Made by a program: the position numbers and the translations under genes
Notes under the pieces: model-generated
Databases searched by the model: none
Told to the model about the DNA's origin: nothing
The model's input: only the letters and a program-made list of their open reading frames with translations
Shown: positions 50,416 to 62,100 of the stretch, in pieces
Layout: every line of letters starts with the position of its first letter
Numbering within the stretch: position 1 is the stretch's first letter
Source of the DNA: an uncultured Bacillota bacterium
GTDB lineage: Bacteria > Bacillota_I > Bacilli_A > RFN20 > CAG-288
Reading direction: 5' to 3'
Assembly: GCA_949284445.1 (NCBI GenBank)
Contig: CASDVP010000001.1
Coordinates: 17,516-81,515, forward strand
DNA: 64,000 bases

Positions 50416-52011
50416 TTATTTACCGTCGATCAGATCAGTTAAGAATTTGATCTCTTCATCTTTCTTCAATCGTGGGAAGAGAGGAGAGAGGGAATTGATA
50501 TGTATACCGCTTAATTTTCCGATCTCTTTTATCGAATCAAACGTTCTCAATTCTTCAGGAACGTTTTCTTGATTTAATGCGTCGATAGTTTTAGTAGGCA
50601 TAATAGGATTTAATAATATAGAACCGATTCTTAATAATTCACTGGCTGAATATAAGGATTCTTTTAATAATTCAATATTATTGTTCTTAGCTTGCGTCCA
50701 TGGAGCGATATTATCGAAATACTTGTTACCTAAATCGATGAGTTCCATAGCTGCATTAGCACCCATAGTGATATCAAAGCTATCCATCTTTTCTTCATAA
50801 ACAGCTAACTTTTCTTTGACATCTTCGAAAAGTTTCTTAGTGAGATCATCAGCAGGTTCATGATATTCAGGGATTACACCATCAAAATATCTGTTGATCA
50901 TCGATAGAGTACGGTTTACTAAATTACCGTAGTTATTCGCTAAATCAGCATTTAAACGATCGACGAATTGAGTTGGGGTAAAGCAACCATCTTCACCGAT
51001 CTGCATTTCTCTGGTGAGATAATAACGAAGAGAATCAACGCTATATCTTTCGATAAGCGGATATGGTGAAGGAGCATTCCCTAAAGATTTTGATAATTTC
51101 ACACCAGATTTGGTCACTAATAAACCAGTGACTAAAACCTGATCGGGTTCTCTAAGATTTAAAGCTTTCAGTAAAATCGGCCAGTAGATGACATGGAAAC
51201 GAGTGATATCTCTACCGACTAACTGTAAGATTTCAGTATCATCTCCCCAGTATTCTTTCATCAGATGGTCATCATCAGAGAGATATCCAAGAGCTGAAAT
51301 ATAATTCAGCAATGCATCGATCCACACATAGACCACATGCTTTGGATTCTCATCTATTTTGATTCCCCAATCAAAACTGGTTCTGGTGATACACAGATCA
51401 TCTAAACCAGGTTTGATGAAAGTGTTGACCATTTCATTGATCTTATCTTGTCTGCAGAAATTAGGATGCTGTTGATAAAATTCTAAAAGATCAGATGCGA
51501 ACTTTTTAACATTCAAAAAATAAGCGTCTTCTTGTTCCCAATGAACAGGTCTATGACAATCAGGACAGAGATGGTCTTCTCCGACTTGGGCATCAGTGAA
51601 GAAGGATTCACAAGGTGTACAATACCAGCCTTCATACTTGCCTAAATAAATATCGCCTTGGACTAATAATTTAGTGAAAACCTTTTTCACACAAGCGACA
51701 TGTGATTCATCAGTTGTTCTGACATAGTAATCATAAGAGATATTCATCGCTTTCCAAACTTCTTTAAAGGATTGAGCGATTTTATCAACATAAGCCTTAG
51801 GTTCCATTCCAGCTTCTATAGCTTTCTTTTGAATCTTTTCTCCGTGTTCATCAGAGCCGGTCATAAATCTCACTTGATATCCGCGCATTCTTTTATATCT
51901 AGCGATAACATCAGCAGCAACATTACAATAGGTGTGTCCGATATGAATGTTTCCACTAGCATAATAAATCGGAGTTGTTATATAAAAATGTTTAGTTTTA
52001 TTAGAATCCAT
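50416..52011 (-). CDS. metG: methionyl-tRNA synthetase (short form)
   Basis: YITTPIYY, HIGH, KLSKS, CxxC/CxxC knuckle; no C-terminal tRNA-binding domain. Confidence 0.96.
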   Translation of the reverse strand: MDSNKTKHFYITTPIYYASGNIHIGHTYCNVAADVIARYKRMRGYQVRFMTGSDEHGEKIQKKAIEAGMEPKAYVDKIAQSFKEVWKAMNISYDYYVRTTDESHVACVKKVFTKLLVQGDIYLGKYEGWYCTPCESFFTDAQVGEDHLCPDCHRPVHWEQEDAYFLNVKKFASDLLEFYQQHPNFCRQDKINEMVNTFIKPGLDDLCITRTSFDWGIKIDENPKHVVYVWIDALLNYISALGYLSDDDHLMKEYWGDDTEILQLVGRDITRFHVIYWPILLKALNLREPDQVLVTGLLVTKSGVKLSKSLGNAPSPYPLIERYSVDSLRYYLTREMQIGEDGCFTPTQFVDRLNADLANNYGNLVNRTLSMINRYFDGVIPEYHEPADDLTKKLFEDVKEKLAVYEEKMDSFDITMGANAAMELIDLGNKYFDNIAPWTQAKNNNIELLKESLYSASELLRIGSILLNPIMPTKTIDALNQENVPEELRTFDSIKEIGKLSGIHINSLSPLFPRLKKDEEIKFLTDLIDGK

Positions 52012-52119
52012 AGAAACCTCCTAAAACAAATAGATTATACATTGATTAATAAATAAAATCATCGCTATTAAACTAAAGAATATATATTTTAGTTATAATT
52101 TATATAGGACTGATAAAAT

Positions 52120-53457
52120 ATGAATACAAACATAAAACTCACTATTCCCAAAGATGTAAGAGAAATACTTGCTGTCTTAAATTTAAATGGTTATGAGGCT
52201 TATATGGTCGGAGGCTGTGTAAGAGATGAGCTTTTAGGTCGCAAGCCTAATGATTATGATATCACCACTTCAGCTGAACCATTAGAAGTGAAAAAGCTGT
52301 TTCCTAAGACGATTGATACCGGTTTAAAACATGGAACAGTGACAGTCAGATGGAATGATCAAAACTATGAGGTCACCACTTATCGAATAGATGGTGAATA
52401 CTTTGATAATAGACATCCTAAAGAAGTCACATTTACAAAGTCTTTAGAAGAAGATTTAAAAAGAAGGGATTTCACCATAAACGCTTTTGCCTACAACGAC
52501 ACCACTGGTGTAGTCGATTATTTTAATGGCATTCAAGATTTGAACGATCATGTCATCAGAGCGGTCGGAGATCCTAATAAAAGATTCAGTGAAGATGCTT
52601 TAAGAATCTTAAGGGCAGTCCGTTTTTCAGCACAATTAAATTTCATGATCGATGACAAAACGAAGCTCGCCTGTAAAGAAGAAGCTTATAGACTTAAAAA
52701 TATCTCAGAAGAAAGAATTCGAGATGAAATAGTCAAAATAATCATGTCTGATCATCCAGAAAAGTTAATCGAAGCCTATGAATTAGGATTGACTAAAATC
52801 GTCTTACCAGAATTTGATCTGATGATGGAAACTAAGCAAGAAACACCTTATCACCTTTATGATGTCGGAACCCATACGATCGTCGCATTACAAAACACAC
52901 CGAAAGATCTGATCACAAGATTGACTGTGCTTCTGCACGACGTCGGTAAACCGATCACAAAAACGATTGATGAAACTGGAAAAGCTCATTTCTTTAACCA
53001 CGCTATCGAAGGTGAAAAGATCGCTAAAAGCATATTAAGAAGATTGAAGTTTTCAAATAAAATAGTAGACACCGTCTGTTTTTTAATCTTGCATCACAGC
53101 GATGAATATATCGCTAAACCAAAATATGTCAGGCGTGCCATCAGAAAGATCTCTCCTGAATTATTCCCATATTACTTAGATGTTCAGAAAGCTGATATTT
53201 TAGGTCAAAGCGATTTGACACAAAAAGAAGTTTTGAAAGAAAACGCCAAAATGAGAGAATTATATGATGAATATATCAAAGATAATAATTGCTTTTCTTT
53301 AAAAGATTTAGCAGTCAAAGGAAATGATTTGTTAGCCTTAAATATTAAAGGCAAACAAATCGGAGATATTTTAAATAATATGTTGAATTTTGTTGTAGAC
53401 AATCCAGATAAGAATACTAAAGATTTTTTGTTGAATAACTTTGAAAAATTCAAGTGA
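52120..53457 (+). CDS. cca: CCA tRNA nucleotidyltransferase with HD domain
   Basis: VGGCVRD, DYD, RRDFTINA, EDALRILR, LLHDVGK. Confidence 0.92.
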   Translation: MNTNIKLTIPKDVREILAVLNLNGYEAYMVGGCVRDELLGRKPNDYDITTSAEPLEVKKLFPKTIDTGLKHGTVTVRWNDQNYEVTTYRIDGEYFDNRHPKEVTFTKSLEEDLKRRDFTINAFAYNDTTGVVDYFNGIQDLNDHVIRAVGDPNKRFSEDALRILRAVRFSAQLNFMIDDKTKLACKEEAYRLKNISEERIRDEIVKIIMSDHPEKLIEAYELGLTKIVLPEFDLMMETKQETPYHLYDVGTHTIVALQNTPKDLITRLTVLLHDVGKPITKTIDETGKAHFFNHAIEGEKIAKSILRRLKFSNKIVDTVCFLILHHSDEYIAKPKYVRRAIRKISPELFPYYLDVQKADILGQSDLTQKEVLKENAKMRELYDEYIKDNNCFSLKDLAVKGNDLLALNIKGKQIGDILNNMLNFVVDNPDKNTKDFLLNNFEKFK

Positions 53458-53506
53458 ATATCACTCATTAAGCCTTGCTAATAACGTGATTTATAAAGTG
53501 ATTTGT

Positions 53507-55120
53507 TCAGTTTAACTTATTGTCTCTTTTCTTGATGGCTGCATCGATAAAACCTCTGAAAAGAGGATGGGGTTTATCTGGTCTGCTCTTAAACTCTGGA
53601 TGAGCTTGAGTTGCTATGAAGAATGGATGTGATGGAATTTCAATCATTTCAACTATACGATTATCAGGTGAAAAACCAACAGGAACCATGCCGTTATCAA
53701 TAAATGCTTTTCTGAAATCATTGTTGACTTCATAACGATGACGATGTCTCTCAGTGATATGTTTTACACCATATAAAGCATAGGCTTTGGATTTAGTATC
53801 TAAAACACAAGGATAAGATCCAAGACGCATCGTTCCACCTAAATTTTTTACATTGTTCTGTTCAGGCATCAAATGGATGACAGGATGCATCGTCGAAGGA
53901 TTAAATTCAGTAGAATCAGCATCGCTATAGCCGATGACATCTCTTGCGAATTCGATAACAGCTGTTTGTAATCCTAAACAAAGTCCTAAAAACGGTATGC
54001 GTTTTTCTCTTGCATATTTTATAGCTTTAAGCATGCCAGGTATTCCACGGCTTCCAAATCCGCCGGGAACGATGATACCTGAAACATCTTTAAACACTTC
54101 ATCACAATTCTCATCCTCGATATCTTCAGCTTCAATCCAATGAATATCAACATTGTTATGATAATACCAACCTGCGGCTTTTAAAGCCTCATTAACAGAG
54201 ATATAAGCATCATGAAGAGCAGTGTATTTACCAACTAAAGCGATAGACACAGTCTTCTTAGAGGTTTTGATTTTATCAACCATCTTTTGCCAGATAGTCA
54301 GATCCGGTTCAGGGATCGGGATATGAAGCGTTTCACCGACTGCTTGGGCAAAATGCTCTTCTTCTAACATCAATGGTAATTCATAAACGGTCTCGCAATC
54401 TAAATTCGGTAAGACATGATTAGAAGCGACGTTACAGAACAAAGATAATTTATCGATGACATTTTTAGGTATTTCATATTCAGAACGACAAACGATGATA
54501 TCCGGTTGTAAACCCATCGATTGTAACGATTTGACAGCCATCTGTGTCGGTTTAGTCTTCAATTCTTGACTGGCTTTTAAATATGGGATCAAAGAAACCA
54601 TCACGATACAGCAATTCTCAACACCGATCTCATGTCTGAATTGACGGATCGCTTCGAAAAATGGTTGTGATTCAATATCGCCGATAGTGCCACCGATCTC
54701 GACGATGGTTATCTCAGTTTCATCCGCTTGAAAATTGCGATGAAATTTACTCTTTATCTCATTCGTGACATGAGGGATGACTTGAACAGTTCCACCTCCA
54801 TAATCACCATGTCTTTCTTTAGATAAAACAGCTTCATAGATCTTGCCGGTCGTTATATTTGAATTGCAATTTAAAGATTCATCGATGAATCTTTCATAGT
54901 GACCTAGATCCAAGTCGGTTTCTGTTCCATCATCGGTGACAAAAACTTCACCGTGTTGAATCGGAGACATAGTTCCTGGATCCACATTCAAATATGGATC
55001 AAATTTTTGCATAGTCACTCTATAACCACGCGCTTTTAATAATCTGCCTAAAGATGCGGCTGTGATGCCTTTACCCAATCCAGAAATAACACCGCCAGTG
55101 ACAAAAATATACTTTTCCAT
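53507..55120 (-). CDS. pyrG: CTP synthase
   Basis: GGVISGLGKG, GLCLG, RHRHRYE, HPEF. Confidence 0.97.
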   Translation of the reverse strand: MEKYIFVTGGVISGLGKGITAASLGRLLKARGYRVTMQKFDPYLNVDPGTMSPIQHGEVFVTDDGTETDLDLGHYERFIDESLNCNSNITTGKIYEAVLSKERHGDYGGGTVQVIPHVTNEIKSKFHRNFQADETEITIVEIGGTIGDIESQPFFEAIRQFRHEIGVENCCIVMVSLIPYLKASQELKTKPTQMAVKSLQSMGLQPDIIVCRSEYEIPKNVIDKLSLFCNVASNHVLPNLDCETVYELPLMLEEEHFAQAVGETLHIPIPEPDLTIWQKMVDKIKTSKKTVSIALVGKYTALHDAYISVNEALKAAGWYYHNNVDIHWIEAEDIEDENCDEVFKDVSGIIVPGGFGSRGIPGMLKAIKYAREKRIPFLGLCLGLQTAVIEFARDVIGYSDADSTEFNPSTMHPVIHLMPEQNNVKNLGGTMRLGSYPCVLDTKSKAYALYGVKHITERHRHRYEVNNDFRKAFIDNGMVPVGFSPDNRIVEMIEIPSHPFFIATQAHPEFKSRPDKPHPLFRGFIDAAIKKRDNKLN

Positions 55121-55122
55121 AA

Positions 55123-55530
55123 TCACTCACCTTTCTCTGATTTAAAGAAATATTCCATGATCGAACGTCTTGTGATGATCCCGATGAACACATCCTGATC
55201 ATCTAATACTGGAATAAAATTCTGATTCAACGCCAATTGATAAAGATCTTCCATTCTACTATTCGATTTGATAGCTATGACTTTGCGCCCGATAGGCACA
55301 GAAGTGATCAGAGTATCTTCAGCCATGTGATAGTTCATCTCATCATGATCTTTGATATACCAGAGAAGATCTCCCTCTGAGATGGTATCGACATATTTTC
55401 CTTTATCATCAAGAATAGGGATGGCAGTATAGTGATAATATCTTAATTTTTCTGCTACTTGTCGGAGCGTAAAAGTATCTTGAACATAGGCGACTTTGCT
55501 CTTAGGTATTAAAAAAAACAAGATATTCAT
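55123..55530 (-). CDS. stand-alone CBS-pair protein (YkuL/DarB/CbpB-like)
   Basis: MNILFFLIPK, YTAIP, FIPV...FIGIITRR; start reassigned to ATG 55530. Confidence 0.8.
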   Translation of the reverse strand: MNILFFLIPKSKVAYVQDTFTLRQVAEKLRYYHYTAIPILDDKGKYVDTISEGDLLWYIKDHDEMNYHMAEDTLITSVPIGRKVIAIKSNSRMEDLYQLALNQNFIPVLDDQDVFIGIITRRSIMEYFFKSEKGE

Positions 55531-55713
55531 AACGAAGAAAATTATACAATAAACAACATTCACTTTTAAGAACTAGTTTTTATAGTTTAGTATTAATAAC
55601 GAACATCATAAAAGCTTAAATAAACTCAGATGAGAAAAAATGATGTGATTTAGGCTACATATTTACAAAAAAAATTAATATACCAATTACTAAAATTTAT
55701 ATAAATTGTTTGA

Positions 55714-56745
55714 TTAAAGTTTACACTTCTTCTCGACTTTTAAATCTTTAGTCAATTCTCTTTTGATCAGCATATCATCGATCTCTTGCTCTGAATAGAA
55801 TTCATTTAATCTCTTGTAATAAGTGCTGCTTTTATTGATATCTCCATCCGGAGTCTTAGTGGCATCAATCAATGAAAAGAAAGTATCTTTTACCATATCG
55901 CTTAAATCCAAAAGGAAATTTTTAGCTTTCAATTGTTCTTTTAAGCCATTAGGTAAACTTTGAATGATATTTAATGGTGTTTTTTGTGTGTTGAAATATC
56001 TCTGTACATCACTGACGGTGGCATTATCATGTTCGATCAAATTGTAATAGCTAGCCATCAAGAAGTTATAGTTGAAGAAATCAAAAACCGAATATGTGAA
56101 GTCTTTAGCTTTTTCCATACTGGATGAAAAGGAATAGACATTATGTCTTTGTAAAGATATGCTAGCTAAAGTGATAGATGCAACGACAGAGATCGGATTA
56201 TATTCGTAGACTTTCTTAGCTGCCTCATATGCTTCATCATACCTTTTTAAAACGAATAAAAGCTGGGCTTTATTCTCTAATATTTCAGGAAGGTTGATAT
56301 CAAGGTTGATGACTGATCTTTCTGGATACCATTTATTGCATAAAGTCTTTTCAAATCCATTTCGATAATATCTGAAAACAGCTGTTGGTAATCTAGAAGC
56401 AATTCTAGTCTTTTCAATAGCTTCATCCATCTGTTTTTCAATGGCTGATAAACTATCTAAAGCTTCTTGGAATTTCTTTTGATAAACCAGCTTTTGAATC
56501 GAATCCATCTTTTTATCATAACTGGTGCGGTTCTTGGATTTGATATAACTGAGCAAAGCTCTTTTATCTTCTTTATTCGCTTTTTTAACGATATCATCAA
56601 GAAGTTTATTCATCTCTTCTTCGAATTCTTCATAGTAAATCGCATCTTTAGATTCATTTAACGCATTAAAAATAGTATCGATGTCTTTTTTGGCATCGCC
56701 TGTGAAACGCGCTTTGATCTTCTCAATAACTTCTTGAATGTTCAT
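55714..56745 (-). CDS. tetratricopeptide-repeat protein
   Basis: KAQLLFVLKRYDEAYEAAKKVYEYNP TPR-like helix pair. Confidence 0.6.
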   Translation of the reverse strand: MNIQEVIEKIKARFTGDAKKDIDTIFNALNESKDAIYYEEFEEEMNKLLDDIVKKANKEDKRALLSYIKSKNRTSYDKKMDSIQKLVYQKKFQEALDSLSAIEKQMDEAIEKTRIASRLPTAVFRYYRNGFEKTLCNKWYPERSVINLDINLPEILENKAQLLFVLKRYDEAYEAAKKVYEYNPISVVASITLASISLQRHNVYSFSSSMEKAKDFTYSVFDFFNYNFLMASYYNLIEHDNATVSDVQRYFNTQKTPLNIIQSLPNGLKEQLKAKNFLLDLSDMVKDTFFSLIDATKTPDGDINKSSTYYKRLNEFYSEQEIDDMLIKRELTKDLKVEKKCKL

Positions 56746-56783
56746 GTTCGTAATTATTATAGATTATTTAAATGTGTAAAAAA

Positions 56784-56809
56784 GGCTACAAGCTCGAAAA
56801 CCTGTAGCC
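56784..56809 (-). terminator. intrinsic terminator after the GntR gene
   Basis: GGCTACA/TGTAGCC stem with a T-run on the minus strand. Confidence 0.75.
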
Positions 56810-56833
56810 GATTTTATTCTATTTGTTCAAATA

Positions 56834-57478
56834 TTAAGCGTTTTGTTCAAGAACACCATAGGTGAGGAAGGAGAGAACACGGTCAAAGGTGAGATTATCT
56901 TTGCCGACAAAGATCAAACGATCACCTGAATGGAGAACAAAATCTGGACCAACAGATTGTCTAGCGATATTATCGGAGCCGATGACTGCAACGATAGTAG
57001 CTTCGGTATAGTTCCAGAAAAAGACTTCACCGATGGTTTTACCATCGATCCAAGAATTTTGTGGAATTTCAGCTTGAGAGAATTTCACAGCTTCGGTTGT
57101 TTGATAAGTGAAAGAATCTTTCATATCATCGATAGCAGTGATGATCTTTTCTTGTAATTCTTTTTGTTGATCTAATAATTTTTCAAGGGTTGCATATTTG
57201 TCTTTGATCTGTGTTTCAGCTTTCCATTTGTTAGCAAATTCTTGAGCGTGAAGAACAGAATCGACGAAGACACCAACACCTCTCTTGGAAGAGACGACTT
57301 TATCTTTTTCCAAGATATTTAAGGCTTTTCTCACTGTTTCGGGAGAAACACCATAGGAAGCACCTAAGATTGAACGTCCTTTTAAAAGGGTTCCTTCAGG
57401 ATATTCACCGGTTAAAATCTTACCGCAGACATCCTGAGCGATTTTGATGTAACGAGGAGTAGATCTTTCTTTAGCCAT
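56834..57478 (-). CDS. GntR-RCK_C (TrkA-C) regulator, BusR-like
   Basis: PRYIKIAQD...GRS...VSPETVRKA HTH, coiled coil, FWNYTEATIVA...SVGP RCK_C; start 57478 by SD GGAGG. Confidence 0.85.
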   Translation of the reverse strand: MAKERSTPRYIKIAQDVCGKILTGEYPEGTLLKGRSILGASYGVSPETVRKALNILEKDKVVSSKRGVGVFVDSVLHAQEFANKWKAETQIKDKYATLEKLLDQQKELQEKIITAIDDMKDSFTYQTTEAVKFSQAEIPQNSWIDGKTIGEVFFWNYTEATIVAVIGSDNIARQSVGPDFVLHSGDRLIFVGKDNLTFDRVLSFLTYGVLEQNA

Positions 57479-57859
57479 TGTTATAATTCCTCCATGAAAT
57501 AAACTAAATAAATTATAGTTGAAGATAAGCTGAGAAGCAACAAAAAAACGCATATTTTATTAGCTAGCGATTTTATTTTTACTTTGAGTTGCTTTTAAGA
57601 ATATAGTTTATATAGCATTATTTTTTGATTTTAATTGCGATGAGACAAAAACTAAAACAACTCAAAATAAATCATCATATCGAGAAAGTGAAAAAACATA
57701 AATTTAATACGAGATTTGATCACGTGATTAACAATCGATTTGAAATCACCTTAATCTAAATATTAAGTGTATTAATTTTGTAATATATATTGTAAAATAT
57801 AGCACTATTTTAGATAATATTTATTTGATGTTATTAAAATAAAAAGCAGGTGAAAATAT

Positions 57860-59098
57860 ATGGAAAATCTTAAATATTTATTCAAATCATTATTCAGCAA
57901 CAAAACCATTGTTGAAGGTCGTCACAAGCCTTGGTATTTTGCGATAATTTTCTTCATCTTAGGTGTTGTTCTCACTTGGATTCCAGTTCTTACTTCTGGC
58001 TATACAGCTAATAATTCTACCTTCTTCACCAGCAATGCTAGCCAAGAAGCCGATAGAGGCTTAAATTATATGATGAGTGAACAATACTTCCAAGAAGGTG
58101 TCACCATCGTTGAAAATGTTAACGATAAAAATAAATTAGCCTTAAATCTCACCGGTGTCGATGCTTTTTCTAGAGATGATACTTGGGATAACGAATACAA
58201 CGGTGCTAACGATAATGGTAAACCTCTTACTAAAGCCACTTTCACTGATAACGAAAATAGTTTTTTACATTCAAATGTCGCTGCTACTAATTCATCATAC
58301 ACTTACTATTTCGATGCAGTTGCTGTCGATACTAGTGATTCTATCAACCAAAACAACAGTTCAACATCCGCTTCGACAGAAACTGAAAACACCTCGAAAA
58401 GAAGTGTCGTTCTAGAGATTTACTTCTTACCAGATGTCTATATCACCGGTAACGATAATCAAATGAAAAATTATTTCAGTAATTTCATCTCCGGAATCAT
58501 CTTAGGTGTGAACACTTCTGGTAACGCTACTAGATATTCACATTCTTACATCATTTTCACACCTGATTCAGTGAGTATCGCTGTCGCTCCGTTAAAGAGC
58601 AGCATCGGTGGTTCTTTCACTCATGCTCAATCCGGTTATATCAATGATGGCTTAAAATATTTGAAAGCTGAAACTGGTAAAACACTTTATTCTTATTTGA
58701 ATAATGTTGAAAACAAAACCAGATTAGAGATGTTTGCTGATTTCTTCCACAACACTGCTAAACAGAGCCAGATCAACTCAGTTTGGATCAACGTCGCTAT
58801 CTTAAGCGGTGTCGTCGTCGGATTAGAGCTCTTATCTGCTCTCGTCATCTTCTTCTTGCATAGAAGAAAGACTTCTGCTTATAAAGATGTGAATTTCTGG
58901 ACTGCGATGAAAGAAGCGATGACTTTAGGCTTCACACCTTGTATCTTAGGCATGGCTTTAGGATTTATGGGCTTTGTTTATAATATCACTCTCGTCATTT
59001 CTGGTATCTTGTTAAGAACTGTTTGGATCAACAATAAGATCTCACCAGTCACCACTGATAACAATAGCAACAAACCTTTGTATCAAGCCAGATCATAA
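57860..59098 (+). CDS. membrane protein with large extracellular domain
   Basis: One N-terminal TM, Asn/Ser/Thr-rich loop, three C-terminal TMs. Confidence 0.65.
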   Translation: MENLKYLFKSLFSNKTIVEGRHKPWYFAIIFFILGVVLTWIPVLTSGYTANNSTFFTSNASQEADRGLNYMMSEQYFQEGVTIVENVNDKNKLALNLTGVDAFSRDDTWDNEYNGANDNGKPLTKATFTDNENSFLHSNVAATNSSYTYYFDAVAVDTSDSINQNNSSTSASTETENTSKRSVVLEIYFLPDVYITGNDNQMKNYFSNFISGIILGVNTSGNATRYSHSYIIFTPDSVSIAVAPLKSSIGGSFTHAQSGYINDGLKYLKAETGKTLYSYLNNVENKTRLEMFADFFHNTAKQSQINSVWINVAILSGVVVGLELLSALVIFFLHRRKTSAYKDVNFWTAMKEAMTLGFTPCILGMALGFMGFVYNITLVISGILLRTVWINNKISPVTTDNNSNKPLYQARS

Positions 59099-59144
59099 CT
59101 TTTAGTCGTTCTTATTCGTCTTATGTCGTCGGTATTTGTGAAAA

Positions 59145-62100
59145 ATGTTAATTTTAAATAATTTAGTCAAAGATTATCTCATTCAAGATAACAAACCTGT
59201 ACATGCTTTAAAGAATATTTCTTTAGAATTTTCTGATACAGGTTTTGTGAGCATTTTAGGTCCATCCGGTTGTGGAAAAACCACTCTTTTAAACATCATA
59301 GGCGGTCTTGATAAATACACATCTGGTGATGTCATCATCAATGGTCATTCAACTAAGGGATATACTGATCAAGATTGGGATGCTTATCGTAATCGAGAGA
59401 TAGGAATCGTCTTTCAAAGCTATAACCTGATACCTCATCTGACGGTTAAAGGCAATGTGGAATTAGCGATGACACTTTCTGGTGTCAACCTTAAAGAAAG
59501 AAGCGAAAAAGCGATCAAAGCTTTAAAATCAGTAGGTTTAGAGGAACAGATCAATAAAAAGCCGAATCAGCTCTCAGGTGGTCAGATGCAAAGAGTCGCT
59601 CTGGCTAGAGCTTTAGTCAATGAACCCAATATCATCTTAGCTGATGAACCGACAGGTGCTCTTGATTCCAACACCTCTATTCAGGTGATGGATATCTTAA
59701 AAGAGATCTCTAAAACTAAACTAGTCATAATCGTTACTCATAACGAAGAATTAGCCTCAAAATATTCAGATCGCATCATCCGAGTTTCTGATGGTCAGGT
59801 GATCTCTGATTCCAAAATGAATCTATCGACTGAAAAAGATCAGATCGAAAAGATGCTCATCGAAGAAAAAGCTAAACAGGCAAGTCTCAAACCAGCTTTA
59901 AAACAAAAATTATCTTTAAAAGAGAGGATCAAAGCTTTCTTTAATAGAAAAGACAAACATACTTCGATGTCTTATACGACTGCATTAGGGATCTCGGGCA
60001 GAAATCTTTTGACTAAAAAAGGTAAGACTATCATCACCGCTATCGCTGCTTCTTTTGGAATCATCGGTGTCGGATTAGTCTTAGCTCTTTCTAATGGTTT
60101 TACCAACTATGTCAATCGTATGGAAGCAGAGACGATGTCTCAATTCCCGATGACTATAGAAAAATACGGTTATAATTTCGTCAATCCTAGCGATGAACAA
60201 CTAGAAAAATATCCTGATGAGGATGTCGTTCATGTCGTTGAACCTATCCATTCTAATATTCACACCAATAACATCACTAAAGACTTCATCACTTATTTAA
60301 ACAACATCAATAATGAAGAAGAAATAGCTAAAATCAGATATAACTATTCGATAGGAATGAACGTCATTTCTCGCTATGAGACCGAACCGAATAGTTATGT
60401 TTATAGCGCTGTTAAAACCTCTCAGCAATCCTATGTTCAATCCTTAGCTTCTTCAATGCTTGGGGGCGGTAGTGATTGGAAAGAATTACCAGCTTCTAAA
60501 GATCAGATCTTAGAACAATATGATGTCTTAAAAGGCGAATACCCAGATGAAGAGAGCAATTTAGATGTCGATGAAAATAACATCCCTGATCAAGATGTTT
60601 TCAACCTAGTTCTAGTGGTTGATTCACGCAATTCTTTATCGACTAGCACTATGACTTCTTTAGGATTGAATCCTCAAGAAAAAGATTATTCGTTTGATGA
60701 TCTGTTAGGATTAGAATTCAAATATGTTCCTTCTGATGATTATTACGGTGATCCAATCCCTGTTTCTGAGCTCAGCGAAGACGGTGAAAGCATTCCTACA
60801 CCCACACCTGGTTTTTACTTTAAAGAAGATGTGACGATCACTGACATCATGAATGTTTTGAATCAGATAGGTGATGAAAATTTTGATGCGACACAGCTCT
60901 TTGATTTGTTCGATTTACCATCTGCTGAATATATAACTGAAGCGATGAATGATCCTACTGTCTATGCGATATTGTCTCCGCTTCTATCAAGCAATTATAT
61001 GAACACGCTAAAACTTCTTGAAATATTAAATAAGGTTCAGAATAACCAAAGCGTCACAAACGAAGACTTACAGGCTTTATTCGCACCTTTAGCTGATGTT
61101 CCTGATAAGAGAGCAGAATTTGGCACTGCTCTAAGAGATGCGATCAGAGCTCTGAGAGAAACCAATGCTTTCGCCCCCTATTTCAATAAACAGCTTTACT
61201 ATTATGAGAGTCCTGATAACGATCAGATTCGATTACGCAATCTTTATTCTGGAAATAATGGTGTTAAGACTCGAACCTTAAGAATCTCAGCGATTTTAAG
61301 ACAAAAAGACACGACTTCTTTAGGATTATTATCAACTGGAGTCTATTATCCTAAAACACTTACTTACCAAGCTTTCTATGATAATTCCGTTTCAAAAATC
61401 GCTAAAGAATTCAAAAATCATATCCTATTCGCTCCCGCTCAAGCTGACTTTGCAGGTATCTTCACTGAAGTTATAGATAGTATTGTTTCTGGAGAGAATG
61501 TAAACGAAGCGGCTTTAAAAATCTTTGAGAACTTTGAAATCAAAGCTTTAAATATCATCAACAACGCTAATCCTTTCACAAACAGCTCTAGCATATCTGA
61601 CTATATGGATTTACGTTTAGAACTAGGAAGCGATTTTGTCATTCCGGATTCGATCTCTGCGGATACTGATTTCTTAGATCCTCAGTTATACACAAATTTT
61701 GTGACTAACATCACTATCTATCCGACTGATTATGATTGCAAACAACAAGTCATAGATTATTTAAACGCTTATAATGAGGGTAAAGCTGAAGATGATCAGA
61801 TCATGTATACAGACGTTGGCCAAACAGCTACCGATATCGTCGGTCAGATCGTTTCCGTCATCTCAGCTGTCTTGATAGCTTTTGCATCCATCTCTCTAGT
61901 GGTCTCATCAGTCATGATCGCCATCTTGATCTATTCATCAGTGGTGGAAAGAACTAAAGAAATCGGTGTTTTACGTTCGATAGGTGCTAGAAAGAAAGAT
62001 GTCAGTCGCTTGTTCAAAGCTGAAGCCGTCATCATAGGTTTATTATCCGGACTTTTCGGTGTCGTATTCACATATTTGGTATCTTTACCAATTTCTGGTA

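Noticed and set aside
52012-52119. T-box or SAM riboswitch upstream of metG
   Set aside because: Only 108 bp shared with the divergent cca gene; no T-box or S-box consensus
55120-55135. pyrG reiterative-transcription attenuator
   Set aside because: pyrG directly follows the CBS gene, leaving no leader or terminator
57535-57666. Inverted repeats (TTTGAGTTG/CAACTCAAA; AAGCAAC/GTTGCTT) as a BusR operator
   Set aside because: Spacing and sequence do not match the BusR site I recall, and the region is very AT-rich
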